Assembly: GCF_000143415.4 (NCBI RefSeq)
Contig: NW_003314327.1
Span: forward strand, 795,403-859,402
Origin: Selaginella moellendorffii
Taxonomy: Eukaryota > Plantae > Lycopodiophyta
DNA: 64,000 nt
Reading direction: 5' to 3'
The position numbers and the translations under genes are program-made. Below are positions 37,338 to 48,649 of the stretch, in pieces (the stretch's first letter is position 1; every line of letters begins with the position of its first letter). The notes beneath the pieces were generated by a model. It was not told the DNA's origin. It did not search any database and saw only the letters and a list, made by a program, of their open reading frames with translations.

Positions 37338-38255
37338 ATGGCGATGACGATTCTAGCTCTCAGAGCGCCGGCGCCGGCGTTGTCGATCGCTCCTCGATCG
37401 AGTAGGCTGCTGCTACTGAATCGCTGGATGGCGCTTCGCGGCGATCGCTCCTCCTTGCGTGCCCGGGCGTCGAAATATTCCAATTATATTGAGGAGGGAG
37501 AGGAGAAGGGGGAGAAGCGCAGGAAGCCAGGGAATGCTCTCTACCTCCTCCTCCTCGCAAATCTCGGCGTCTACGCGCTGGATCACTGGCTGGAGGTGAG
37601 TTGCGCGCTCGCGATTCCGGGATTTCCATGGCATTGCTCTTGATGGATCTAGGTACCAGGTATGAAGCTGCTCTACCTCTATCACAATTCCCCACGCTGG
37701 TACCAATTCATCACCGCGACCTTCTGCCATGGAAACTGGGGCCACATTTCCAGCAATCTCTTCTTCCTCTACATGTTTGGCAAGCTCGTGGAGGAAGAAG
37801 AGGGGGGATTTGGGCTGTGGGCGTCTTACATTGTGACCGGGGTTGGAGCAAATCTTCTCTCCTGGCTGCTCCTCCCTGGAAACGTTGTGTCGATCGGAGC
37901 CTCTGGAGCGGTGTTTGGATTGTTCGCGATCAGCGTTCTTGTCAAGGTTGGTTTTCTCTCCGGGACAATTGTTTCAAGATTTTTTATCTTTCACTCTTTC
38001 CATAGCTGAGCTGGGATTGGAGAAAGCTGCTCGAGGTGTTGGTCTTGGGACAATTTGTTGTGAACAAGGTAAGAACATAACTCCATTTGCGCTGACAAGA
38101 GAATTCGAGTTCCTGGGAAAAAGGTGGTGGAAGAGACTCAAATGCTGCAAGCTGCGTCGAGTGTGAATCACGTAGCACACTGCGCTGGAGCAATGGTTGG
38201 CGTGCTGCTCATCTGGGCTCTAAGCAAAATTCCAGCTCAAAAACACGACCATTGA
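37338..38255 (+). CDS. Rhomboid-like intramembrane protease, plastid-targeted (RBL11-like); alternative ATG at 37332
   Basis: Transit-peptide-like N-terminus; WYQFITATFCHGNWGHISSN; catalytic GASG (SIGASGAVFG); VNHVAHCAGA. Confidence 0.9.
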
Positions 38256-38322
38256 TCTATTTTTTGTATGTTCACATCCAACGGCTCTGCTTCTTTTAGT
38301 TTACACCATTAAAGACCATTTT

Positions 38323-38354
38323 TACGTAAAAAGTTGATAATTTAGTGAAAATGG
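38323..38354 (+). repeat. 32-bp direct repeat, copy 1 (copy 2 at 45177-45208)
   Basis: TACGTAAAAAGTTGATAATTTAGTGAAAATGG is identical at both sites. Confidence 0.92.
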
Positions 38355-38365
38355 AGGGCGGAGCG

Positions 38366-38689
38366 GTATGCAATTTGGTTGATTGTCCATTTGGTTTTCA
38401 ACATTAACAACTTGCTTGAATGCATGGGTTGAATGGGTTTATGGGCCATGAATAGCACATAGCATCGATCATTGCTATGGGCATGATGCCCCATCTGGGG
38501 CATAAGGATTGGATATTCATAAAATATTTTATACTTCTGTTTTTTTTACACTCATATTACATGTGGACTAATAGCAGCCAGACACGTGGTATGAGTGAAA
38601 TCTACTGTTGTACTATCCACCCTCACAGTCAGAGAGATTTTTAGTGCGCCTGAATGGCTGAGTCAAATCAATTACTTCAGGCGTCTTCT
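38366..38689 (+). repeat. ~330-bp dispersed repeat, inverted copy at 57592-57929
   Basis: Shared blocks such as caatttggttgattgtccatttgg, gcagccagacacgtggtatgagtgaaatct and tgaatggctgagtcaaatcaattacttcaggcgtcttct occur as reverse complements in copy 2. Confidence 0.9.
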
Positions 38690-38742
38690 TCGTTTGCAAT
38701 TTCTTGGAAAATTTACACTGTGGCGTTTGTTTTCGATTCCAG

Positions 38743-40220
38743 ACTTACAATCAAATGAAAAATCTTGTGGAACAGAAATACGGACTTCATCTAGATGCCA
38801 TACATCTTCCTGGACAGACTTTAGAACAAGGGGTGGATATTCTGGAGATTATGCGTAACATTCACATCTTTGTAGCTTGCTACACTTACAACCTCAACAC
38901 TCAGGTGCATTATACAACATTCACTGTGACTGTTTCTGTTGATCATATGTGTAGATCTTTGTGGAAAAACCTTCAAATGCTCGGAGTCGGAAGCACTTGA
39001 ACCGTCAACGTGAAACATGTTGCAAACTCGATACGTACACACGGCACGGGAATAATGAATGCCACAGTCAATTTCGCATATCAATATCTGGCTCAGAAAT
39101 TTGTTGTCTTTTATCAGTTTCTGTTTGATGATCACATCAAATCTCGTTTGGTAAAGGAACAACGATTTTACAAGGTTTGCCGAGTTTTGACGTTTTTTTT
39201 TCTTGACTAATGGTTTTAATAGGAACACAAGATAAGACCTGACTATGGCTACCCCATGGCAAGAGCTGAGAAGCTGAATAAAGACATAAAAAAACTGAGT
39301 TTTCTTGATCAATTTCGCTCTCTAATATCTGAAATGGGGAATTCTCTCGGCTTTGTTAGAATGGTGAGTCTCGGAGGTCTGCATTACTGCACTACAGCAT
39401 GCGGGTATGTGATTTTGAAGTTATAAAACCAACTTATGTATATCAAAACCTCTTCCGGGTTTTTATAGTTCTATACCGGATCAAAACATCAAACAGAATT
39501 TTGAGGAGGCAGCCAGGAGCCTTCATTTGCCTTCTTTAGCAGTTCAGGCCGGGCAGCTACTAGAAAAAGCTTTGAACAGCCAAAAGCTATCCGTTGACGA
39601 GAGTAGCTATTTCGCCATCCTCACAAATGTTTTTTATCAGGTTGTTTTCATTCTCACAAAGTTTGACAATGGTACTATTAAGTTTTCATCGGTTCCGCAG
39701 GAACTTCAGAGTAACGGCAATGTACACCTGAAGGATTTCTTCTTGATGGTTCCTGCTTTGACGATAAATGCAGCAGACGCAATGCATCAGTCGAAAGAAA
39801 AGCTTCATAAGCGCGGGCGAGATGCTGTTAATGCCATGTCTACAGAAGACGGTTTTGCTCTTGGAATCGCCTACATTCTCAAGGTTCATAACGTTGTTGA
39901 TTGTAAGACTCACTTATGATTTGCTGCTTGTGTTAAGCAGGTGCTTGATCAGGACAAACAGTTCAATTCGTTGCATTGGTTTCAATCTGCGAGAGTTCAT
40001 TTTCTGGCCGAGCGAACACGTCTTCAGGATGGGTTGGATATGGACAGCATTGGAAGCGGGATGAACGGTTTGCAAGTTTGGAGTCAGAAGCTGGCTTTGC
40101 TTTCCAAAGAAGAAGCTCAGAATATGCAAACGGTTTGTGAACAAATCTGTGAAATTCACTAACCGTTTTGTTTTCAGGCCATGAAGAGGCTAACAAGTAT
40201 CTTAATGGAGATCGAAGGCA
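38743..40220 (+). pseudogene. WASHC4: WASH complex subunit 4 (SWIP/WASHC4) 3' portion, 5'-truncated and frameshifted, introns retained
   Basis: [70 protein letters not shown]; begins at an intron acceptor (38741-38742); frameshift at ~39000 (KHL/TVNVKH). Confidence 0.88.
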
Positions 40221-40607
40221 CAGTTTAAATCTTCAACTCATTTTGCACAACTGAAAACAACTCTTTCTTTGGCACTGTAGATAATTGATGATGCTTCTAT
40301 GGCTTCATGGGTGTGTTAGACTGATGTCTGTCATCACATGGGTGAAAACCAACTACACAATCGAATACTTTATTCAATTTGACTTGGACTTCACATTTTA
40401 AATCTCTTCGTATTTATGTACTTAATTCGTAGTCTTTTTAGAACAATTATTTGTGGTTTGGTTTATTGGTGTACGATTTTCAACATTGCCACGGTTTTCA
40501 AGTTGAAAAATGTGATCCACCAATTACCAAACTTGAAAGATTAATTTTGAAGATACGATTTTTTTAGCCTGGTATTTAAAAGTCATTAATGAGTGTCTGA
40601 AACTACA

Positions 40608-41089
40608 ATGGCAAAGATGGTTTCTTTTAGTGTGGTGATGGCTGTGGTGATGATCTTGTTCGGAGGAGTCCAACGCACTCTTTCTCAGAGTGTAAGAATT
40701 CTTCAAAATGTCATAAGTTTCATTTTAAACTGTTTTTACAGACTTGCACCTATACCATCAAGATCAGAACAGGAACTACAGGCACGGATGAAAGGGTGGA
40801 TCTCCGCTTGTTTTCTTCAGATGAATCTGTCTTGGATTTCTCTGATCTCGATGGTCCAGGGGATGACTTTGAGAGTAACCAAGTCAATACCTTCACATTC
40901 ACAGGGCGTGAATGTCATGTCATATGTGCTGCTAAGCTTACTCTCGCCCGCATTAGCATTGCTAATGCAGGCATCTGGTCATTTGAGACGATAAGCGTCA
41001 CCGTGAGTAATACTTCTCAAACCAAGTTTTTTGCCGTAGGGGAACCAATACGAGGTGGAACGAGTCGTGTCGTTGGCCCCTGTACCTGA
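40608..41089 (+). CDS. Small secreted PLAT/LH2-domain protein (PLAT/ATS3-like), 2 exons
   Basis: Signal peptide MAKMVSFSVVMAVVMILFGGVQRTLSQS; intron 40692-40741; CTYTIKIRTG..GTDERVDLRL...DDFESNQVNTFTFTG..C..W pattern of PLAT domains. Confidence 0.82.
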
Positions 41090-41449
41090 ATACTACTAAA
41101 ACTGCATGCAGCACTTCAAGTGACAGGGTTGGATAACCAGAGTCACAAATAAGTTGCATAATAAGAAATTATATTTGTGTTTGTTATCACTTAAATCCTG
41201 CATTCTCTTGTCCATCAATTTCTTTCTTTACAAATATTAAGAATTGCAATATCAGTAGTACTAAGGTGCTCCGGGAGCCCAATTATGCAGCGGTTTGTGA
41301 ATTTTTACAAATCGCACAGTTAAATTTGAAATTTGAACCTGGATCTGAGAAACTGCGGCTAGATTTGATTATTGGGGTCTTTGGGCAGTTTAAATCTTTG
41401 CTCCTTTTGCACAAGTGAAAACAGCTCTTTCTTTGGATTGATGATGCTT

Positions 41450-41960
41450 CTATAGGAAACAGAGAAACAAGAAGAGATCTGATTGTGGCTACCCCGTGGC
41501 GAGAGCTAAGAAGCTGAATTAACACATCAGAAAACTGGGCAGGCTTAGCGACGACGGATTCAATTTTTCCATCTCTAATATGTGAAATGGGGAATTCTCT
41601 CGGCTTTGTCAGAATGGTGCATCTCGGAGGTCTGCATTACAGCATGCGGGTATGTGATTTTGAAGTTATATTACCAACTTATGTATATCAAAACCTCTTC
41701 CTCGTTTTTGTAGTTTTATACCGGATCAAAACATCAGGCAGCCAGGAGCCTTCATTTGCGGGCAGTTACTGGACAAAGCTTTGAACAGCCAAAACCTATC
41801 CATTGCCGAGAGTAACTATTTTGCCATCCTCACAAATGTTTTTTATCAGGTTGTTTTCATTCTCACAAAGTTTGACACTGGTACTATTAAGTTTTCATCG
41901 GTTCCGCAGGAACTTCAAAGTAACGGCAATGTACACCTGAAGGATTTGTTCTTGATGGTT
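41450..41960 (+). pseudogene. Second, more decayed partial WASHC4 copy
   Basis: Highly similar to 39220-39750 (MGNSLGFVRMV.LGGLHY, YFAILTNVFYQ, ELQSNGNVHLKD) with deletions and frameshifts. Confidence 0.88.
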
Positions 41961-42319
41961 GCTTGGTTGCGTTTCAGGCTCTGATAACAACAGGTGAGCT
42001 TCAAACACCCACATTTGTGTTGAGTTACATGGCTGATCTTAGTATGCATTTTGCAGCCTACTGGAAAGGTTTTTATTGCTGCTATCAAATTGTGTTCTGT
42101 CTAGTCTGCTGTAGCGACAAAATCCCCGACAACGACCAGAGCACGGTAACATTCGCCATGAACAAAGTATATTGTGCGTTAATGGATGTTATTAAAATAG
42201 AAATTAAATTTTAGATTCAATTTTGTTTTCTGTAAAACTATGTTAATATCTTATAATTTGGAAGTTGACCTGTTTTTGGGAAACTTTCTTGGTTTCAGAA
42301 AAGCAATTTGGTAGCTAGC

Positions 42320-43050
42320 TCATATATGTCGGCAATGCGTTATCATCTCGTCTTCTTCATGCAATATAGTCCTCTCCAATCGTCGGTCGACATCCAGTTA
42401 ATATATATAGATTCGTGATTTAATTTCGTCAATCATTTACGTTTGCAACTACAACACTTCAAACCACATGCTAAACAAAATGTGAGATGCTCACCTGATC
42501 CGATCCGGATAAATGGAATCACGACCACCTTCACCAGCCTTCAACTTCCCAAACCTGAGGTGCCTGTCCATAAACTCAACAACTCTTCGTAATCATACTT
42601 GTCAAACATATCACATGTATATGGCCATACGTCACAGCTGCACCTGTTTAAAAATATAGCTTCAGGAATGCATTGCTTCGGGAAAGAAGATCTGTGTACT
42701 AGCTGGGCCGACGTTTTCCTGACCTGTTATTAAACAGTCGAAACTTCTGAACCTCGTTTACCGTACGCGTGGATCTTAACATAGCCACTCCCCCATTTCT
42801 TAAATAAACTGGAGCCTGTGAAATCTGAACTTCCAGAAATGAAGGGATTTAGGGCATACTAGCGTGCAAGGCCCATAACCTGTTGAGAGAAAAACGGAAA
42901 CTAAGCTTTTCTGAATTGAACGAATTGTGAAATAAAGTTTGATGATGCCACATGGCATGCATCCATTCAGCCATGTGGCTGAGTTAATGTTGAACTTCAA
43001 CAGGATTGCCCCACGTGCTCCTTATCCCACTGTTGGTCGTGTCAGTTGTT
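42320..43050 (-). pseudogene. Fragment of an unidentified multi-exon gene
   Basis: Short AG/GT-bounded exon-like pieces: WDKSTWGNPVEVQH*LSHMAEW, LWALHA, APVYLRNGGVAMLRST, VRKTSAQLVHRSSFPKQCIPEAIFLNR, FGKLKAGEGGRDSIYPDRI, DDWRGLYCMKKTR; in-frame stops; no start. Confidence 0.5.
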
Positions 43051-43251
43051 CCAAATCATGTAATTATACACTGGCTCATAAACTAATAGTTAGTTTATGA
43101 GATGCATAATTTTACACATGGTTTATGAACGAGAGCTGACGGCTTTGATCGGCCGTCGCCAAGGTGCCGGCCTTAGGGCGCGGGGACAATCGGGTGCTGC
43201 AGATCTTTAGGGCGCTAGCCAGGATCAGGGTTTGATCGCCATTGCCGCTCA

Positions 43252-43376
43252 ATGCCATCTCCGCCTCCACCATCGGATCTTTGCCTCCACCATTGGATCT
43301 TTGCCTCCACCACCCAACACCGCCCAGAAGATCGCCGCAGTGCCATCTCCGCCTCCGCCATCGGATCTTTGCCTCA
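43252..43376 (+). repeat. Imperfect ~20-bp tandem repeats (CCATCGGATCTTTGCCTCCA)
   Basis: Three copies plus duplicated TGCCATCTCCGCCTCC leaders. Confidence 0.8.
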
Positions 43377-44159
43377 ACGCCGCGCAAAAGAAGGGTTGAT
43401 CGCTCTGCCACTCCCAATAGATAAGGCGGTTAACCATTTCCGTTAGCAATTTCGAGGATAATCCTTATTGAAATCCCTAATTTCCTATGAAAAATATAAA
43501 TGTTTAGGGTTTATCTTGTGCAGATTGCCACTCGAGATTATCCTCGATAATTGCTAACCTCGGTTGGTTATCCCTTCCAAGAAGTATTTTTGTTTGTCAT
43601 ATTCAAGGCTGGCCATGCCAAATCTGAACCTAGTGATTTGTATATGCCTTTTTTTAATCAGTGGTTAAACCGTTTACCTAGTCATTTTACCTGTTTAACG
43701 TTTTGTCAAGGGATATTCCCAAACTCCTCGAAGATTAAATAAATTGCTATGCGTTGCATGTAGCAACACTTGGTTTGCGTAATGGTAGTTTCATTATTAC
43801 TTATTAATCTAATTGATCAGATAAAGTTTATAATTATAAGCATGTTTGTAATTTATAAACACAAGATTAATCTTATTGCATATCAACCATTAGATGATAA
43901 AATAAAAAAGAATATACTAGAAAGGGTTTAAGAAAGTTTATAAATTATAAACATGTTTATAAATTATAAATACCAGATTAATCTAAATGAATACCAACCG
44001 TTAGATTGTAGAATATCCTAGAATATCCAAGCATATTCTAGGTATATTCACTACCATTCCTATAGGTTTGCTTAAGCAAACCAAAAAAGCAGCTAGGCCA
44101 CTAAATACATTGAAAACAGTAGTATGAACCGCGCGTTTGAAGCTCAAATGGTTGATTGA

Positions 44160-44701
44160 TCAAGCGTTGTTGTTTGTTCGCTCTAGTTGCAGCTGCAAGA
44201 ATTTCCTGTAAAGTGCAGCCTGCTTGTACAGGGCACCCTCCTGTTGAAGGTGCTCCATCTCTGGATCCTCACAGAAGAGCACACTCGCACTCTTGAACCT
44301 CGCCCACTGCGCCGCCGAGGGGCCTCCTTTGAAGCTCCTCAGCTCAGGAATGAATCTCATCTTCAGCTCGTTCGACCGCCCTTCCTCCATCTGCAGCTGC
44401 TTCAGCAGCCTCCTGCTCGCCTCAACGCCCTCAGGAATCTTATACACCTCATGCATATCAACGGAAGAAGCGCTGCAGCAACATCCTCCCAAGCCTCTGC
44501 GTAAACCATCCAAAAGCTCAGCTCCTCGTCATCCGGATTCGCTTCCTGATCTGTTGTTGCAGCGCCAAGCACACTCTTCCAGATCTCATCGACCTGCGGC
44601 TTGGCCTCGCTCGAATCGGCAAGAAGCGTCTCCACTCGATCCTGCAACGAGAGCTTCCTGTACCTGCGCGTGAATCCTGCCGCTGCGACATGAGAATCCA
44701 T
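44160..44701 (-). pseudogene. Lineage-specific ORF split by one apparent frameshift (or a small hypothetical gene)
   Basis: ATG 44701 directly after a TTAGGGTTT telobox; MDSHVAAAGF...DDEELSF then overlapping frame DGLRRGLGG...LQLERTNNNA*; no recognisable domain. Confidence 0.35.
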
Positions 44702-45176
44702 AAACCCTAAACTCTTTTGCACTACTCCTAAATGTGGATGGACTCCATATTTCAATAAAATTTGTACCTATGTAAGACGTGGACATCCAGTTACGAAATC
44801 TTTGGATAAGTTTGTGGGGTAAATAACTAGCCAAATGCTAGTGAAAATGCAAGTCACTAGGGTAACTAAACCTCTGTTCGGTTGTTTTCACCAGAGTGTA
44901 GTTTCACTGAAAGAGGGCTGAGTAAAATAAAAATGATATATATGTTAATAATTTTCGGTTGACATGAGGGGCGAAAATGGCGGCTGGAGTACCAGTTGTC
45001 TTTGTACCCTGTTGAGAGTGGAGAGTGCTGTCGCTACTAACCACTTAGTGCCAAAAAAGTAAGGGAAACCTTGTAAAGAAAAATCAAACTGAGTCCCAGT
45101 GTGCTCTATTCTGCCTGGTATCTGGTTTATTGGATGTTGTCTGATAAGAGTTTAAAGATGACAAAGTGATAATTTA

Positions 45177-45208
45177 TACGTAAAAAGTTGATAATTTAGT
45201 GAAAATGG
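45177..45208 (+). repeat. 32-bp direct repeat, copy 2
   Basis: Identical to 38323-38354. Confidence 0.92.
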
Positions 45209-45492
45209 TGGTCCAACTTTATTTGACGCTTTTTAAAATCCTATACCTTTAATACACACATGATTTGACAAAGAATTCAATCCGGTGTAGCAAGCAGTAC
45301 AACCACATACCTCTACAAACCTGCTTGCCTGTTCCTCCTGTAGAGCTATCTTATAAAATTCTCGTCGCAGCAGTAGCATGGTAGCGAGAGTCTTCTCTCG
45401 TTATTCATTCCTCCCAGTACTACTAAAGCTTGGTTTTTCGATCGAGAGGAACTTCCGATCGAGCGTACCGCAATCCACCTGTGTGTGTGTGC

Positions 45493-46543
45493 TCACTGGA
45501 CCGGGTTGGGAGGATTGAGAACTCCCTGCGATCCACAGTCGAGGTTGAGGCCCGGATCCACGTCCTTGTCAATGATGTTGAGGAAATAGTTGTAGTGGGC
45601 GATCCGGTCCTCCATCTTTGGATCGCTGCCGTGGCCACACTCGTCGTCTCCAGCCATGATGTTGATCGTCATTCCAAATCCGGGGCTCCTGAACGACAGA
45701 GTGTCGTTCCTGGATGGCTTCCACTTGTTGACCATCACCTCGTGTGGAGATGGCTGCTTGGGCTTGACGGGAGTGATCCACTTGAAGATCGCCGCCTGGA
45801 ACGCCACTGTCGCGTTCTCGCTAACCATCTCTGGGTGATTCATGAGGTCGAGCTTGAGGTACTTTGCAGCGGGTCCATAGTTGTAGTTCCTGGCAAAACA
45901 CAAGGAATAAGAAAAATCCCGGTTTTGGATCGAAGAACTTACCAGTAGAGTGGGAGAGCTCCTCGTCCATGGTAGCTGACACCTTTGGAGCAAGGATAGA
46001 GGAAACTATCCTCGCAGTAGATCTTTGGTGGACTAAGTTCTTCCTTGTAGCAAAGCCCCCACGCGTAAGGTCCCCCTTTAGCTGCCGAATAGCCACCTGA
46101 AATTTTCGCAAAGCAAAGCATTAGCCACGAGAGAAATTTTAAACTCTTCTCTAAAAGAGATCTAAGAAATCGCTTGTTCTTCCCTGGAGCTCCAGCAGAT
46201 CTAAGAACTTACAAGTCGTCTCATGGGCCACATGAGCTAGAAATGCCGCAATCTCCCTCTTCTGGACCGTCTCGCCGCCAGTGACCCCAAACCCCTCTTT
46301 CTCCATGGTTTTGGCGGCCGTGATGAATGAGTAGTGGTCATAGAATCCCTGCGCGTGCGTCTGCGGCTCATTCCTGTGATTGAACATCAAATCGAAGAGA
46401 TCACTGGTGAAGATCTCGGCCACCGTCTTGTTCTTGGGCTTGGCGGCGAGCTCTACATTGCCCCCCCCCTTGGCCGCGGCCAATCCCGCGAATCCCAGCG
46501 CCACTAGCACCCCAAGGAGCGCAATGCAGGAGGAGGCCGCCAT
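45493..46543 (-). CDS. GH19 chitinase-like protein, CTL1/POM1 clade, secreted, 3 exons (alternative ATG at 46555)
   Basis: Signal peptide; REIAAFLAHVAHETTC|GY..GGPYAWGLCYKEELSP; GRGALPLYW|NYNYG; NATVAFQAAIFKW; no hevein domain. Confidence 0.92.
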
Positions 46544-46898
46544 ACCTCGATTCATCCCCTGCCCAATCGCTAGAACCCTAGCTCTCCCAAGCCCTGGACT
46601 AGAATTTTTCTAGAGCGCCCTTCTTCGCTCCTCGCATCGTGTGACTTACCATCTACTGCATTGCAGGTGGGAAAATGGACCCCTGGCCAGCCAAGCTAGC
46701 GCTTTCACGAATACAAACGTGCCACGTGTAAGATTCGGAATAATATTTACCACCGGACGGCAGATGGTTTGTGGGTCCGAGGTCGAGGGTTCGAATCCCA
46801 TCCCCAGTACGCGCCGACACGCGAATCTACTGATTCTCTCTTTCTTCCTCGTAGGGTTTAGGGTTCCAACGAACAGGGTGAGTAAGAGCGTGGTAGCA

Positions 46899-48534
46899 AT
46901 GGCGCCGAATCCTCGGTGCTACATGGACATCAGCATTGGAGGCGAGCTCGAGGGCCGGATCGTCGTGGAGCTCTTCGCGGATATTGTTCCGCGCACCGCC
47001 GAGAATTTCCGGGCGCTGTGCACTGGCGAGAAAGGCGTCGGTTCTTCCGGATATCCGCTCCATTACAAGGTATCTGTTTCTTCTCGATGAAAAATCCTTC
47101 CTTTTCTTCACTTTCTCACTGACTTCTCTGCATTTTCATTGCGAGAATTTTATCTCTGTGTGAAGTTTTTCTTCATGCCTGTGTGAGATCATCTAGAAAA
47201 GTCATCTCCTTTTCTTCCAGCATCTCACTGACTCACTGACTTTTTCGCTTTCTCATTGGCTTCTCTCTTGCAAACAGGGCGTGGCTTTTCACCGCGTCAT
47301 CAAAGGCTTCATGATCCAAGGCGGCGACTTCACCGCTGGCGACGGCACCGGCGGCGAATCCATCTACGGCCTCAAGTTCGACGACGAGAACTTCAAAGTG
47401 AAGCACGAGCGCAAGGGGCTGCTGTCCATGGCCAACTCGGGGCCCAACACCAACGGCTCCCAGTTCTTCATCACCACCGCTCGAGCCTCACATCTCGACG
47501 GCAAGCACGTCGTGTTTGGCAAAGTTCTCAAGGGAATGGGCGTGATTCGCAGCATGGAGCACGCTATCACGGACGACAAGGACCGGCCCGTGAATCCCCT
47601 GGTGGTGACCGAGTGTGGAGAGCTTCCGGAGGGAGCCGACGATGGAGTGTCGCTCTTCTGGAAGGACGGTGATATATTCCCGGACTGGCCAGCGGACTTG
47701 CCCGAGCAGCCAGAGGAGTCGGCCTGGTGGGTGTCGGCCGTGGAGACCGTCAAGAGCCTGGGAAACGATTGCTTCAAGGTGTGATTCTTTTCTTTCCTTT
47801 TGTTCGTTCGCATTCTATAGAGCTTTGGAACGTTATGTTTTTCTTCGTAGCGTGGCGACTATAAGATGGCGCTTCGCAAGTACAGAAAAGCCTTGAGATA
47901 TTTGGACGTTTGCTGGGAAAAGGAAGAGATAGACGAAGGTTTGTCTCGCTCTTGTTTCGTTGGTTTCGAAAAAACGTTGTTTTTGGCAGAGAAGAGTAAC
48001 AATCTGCGGAGGATTAAGTCCTTGGTTCTCACCAATAGCGCTGTAAGTCTCTATCTTTCTCTCATCTTCCTGCTTGGTCTCACTCTTTTGGTGCTTCAGG
48101 CCTGCAAACTTAGAGTTGGCGATGCTCGGGGTGCTCTGGTAGACACGGAGTACGCCATGAACAATGGAGAGCCCAATGTGAAGGCACTGTTTCGACAAGG
48201 CCAGGTGATTCTCACTGTATTTTTCTGCTTTTTCTAAGCTCTTCCTATTCTCTGTAGGCGTACCTGGCTTTAAACGACCTGGAAGCAGCAGTGGCAAGCC
48301 TGAGCAAAGCTCAAGAGATCCAGCCCAACGATGGTAAGTTCGATCTTTGCTCGTTCTTCTTCCACTTCTAGAAACCAATCGTTGTTTGACTGAGCAGCTG
48401 GTATCCGGAAAGAGCTCACAACAGCTAAGAACAAGGTAACGAAACGTTGTTGCTGGATCGCTTACCTAGTGGTATTACAGATACTAGCGAGACGGGATCA
48501 GGAACGCAAGGCCTACTCTAAAATGTTCCAGTGA
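46899..48534 (+). CDS. CYP40: Cyclophilin 40 (PPIase plus TPR; SQUINT ortholog), multi-exon
   Basis: [59 protein letters not shown]; TPR region [25 protein letters not shown]-terminal KAYSKMFQ*. Confidence 0.96.
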
Positions 48535-48649
48535 GTACCTAGCCGGTGGAGGCGACCAAAGTTTTGTCTGCGTGGTAGCATGTGACAATGTGCACGGGCC
48601 GCTCAAAATTTGCTCCATTGTAAATGCTCTCCCCTCTCTCTTTCTCTCT

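Noticed and set aside
32245-37400. Many long overlapping or antisense ORFs over the F-box/kelch and NEF1 genes
   Set aside because: Expected shadows of GC-rich, GC3-biased coding sequence; no recognisable domains
46745-46810. Possible tRNA gene
   Set aside because: Only a T-arm/B-box is visible; no cloverleaf could be built
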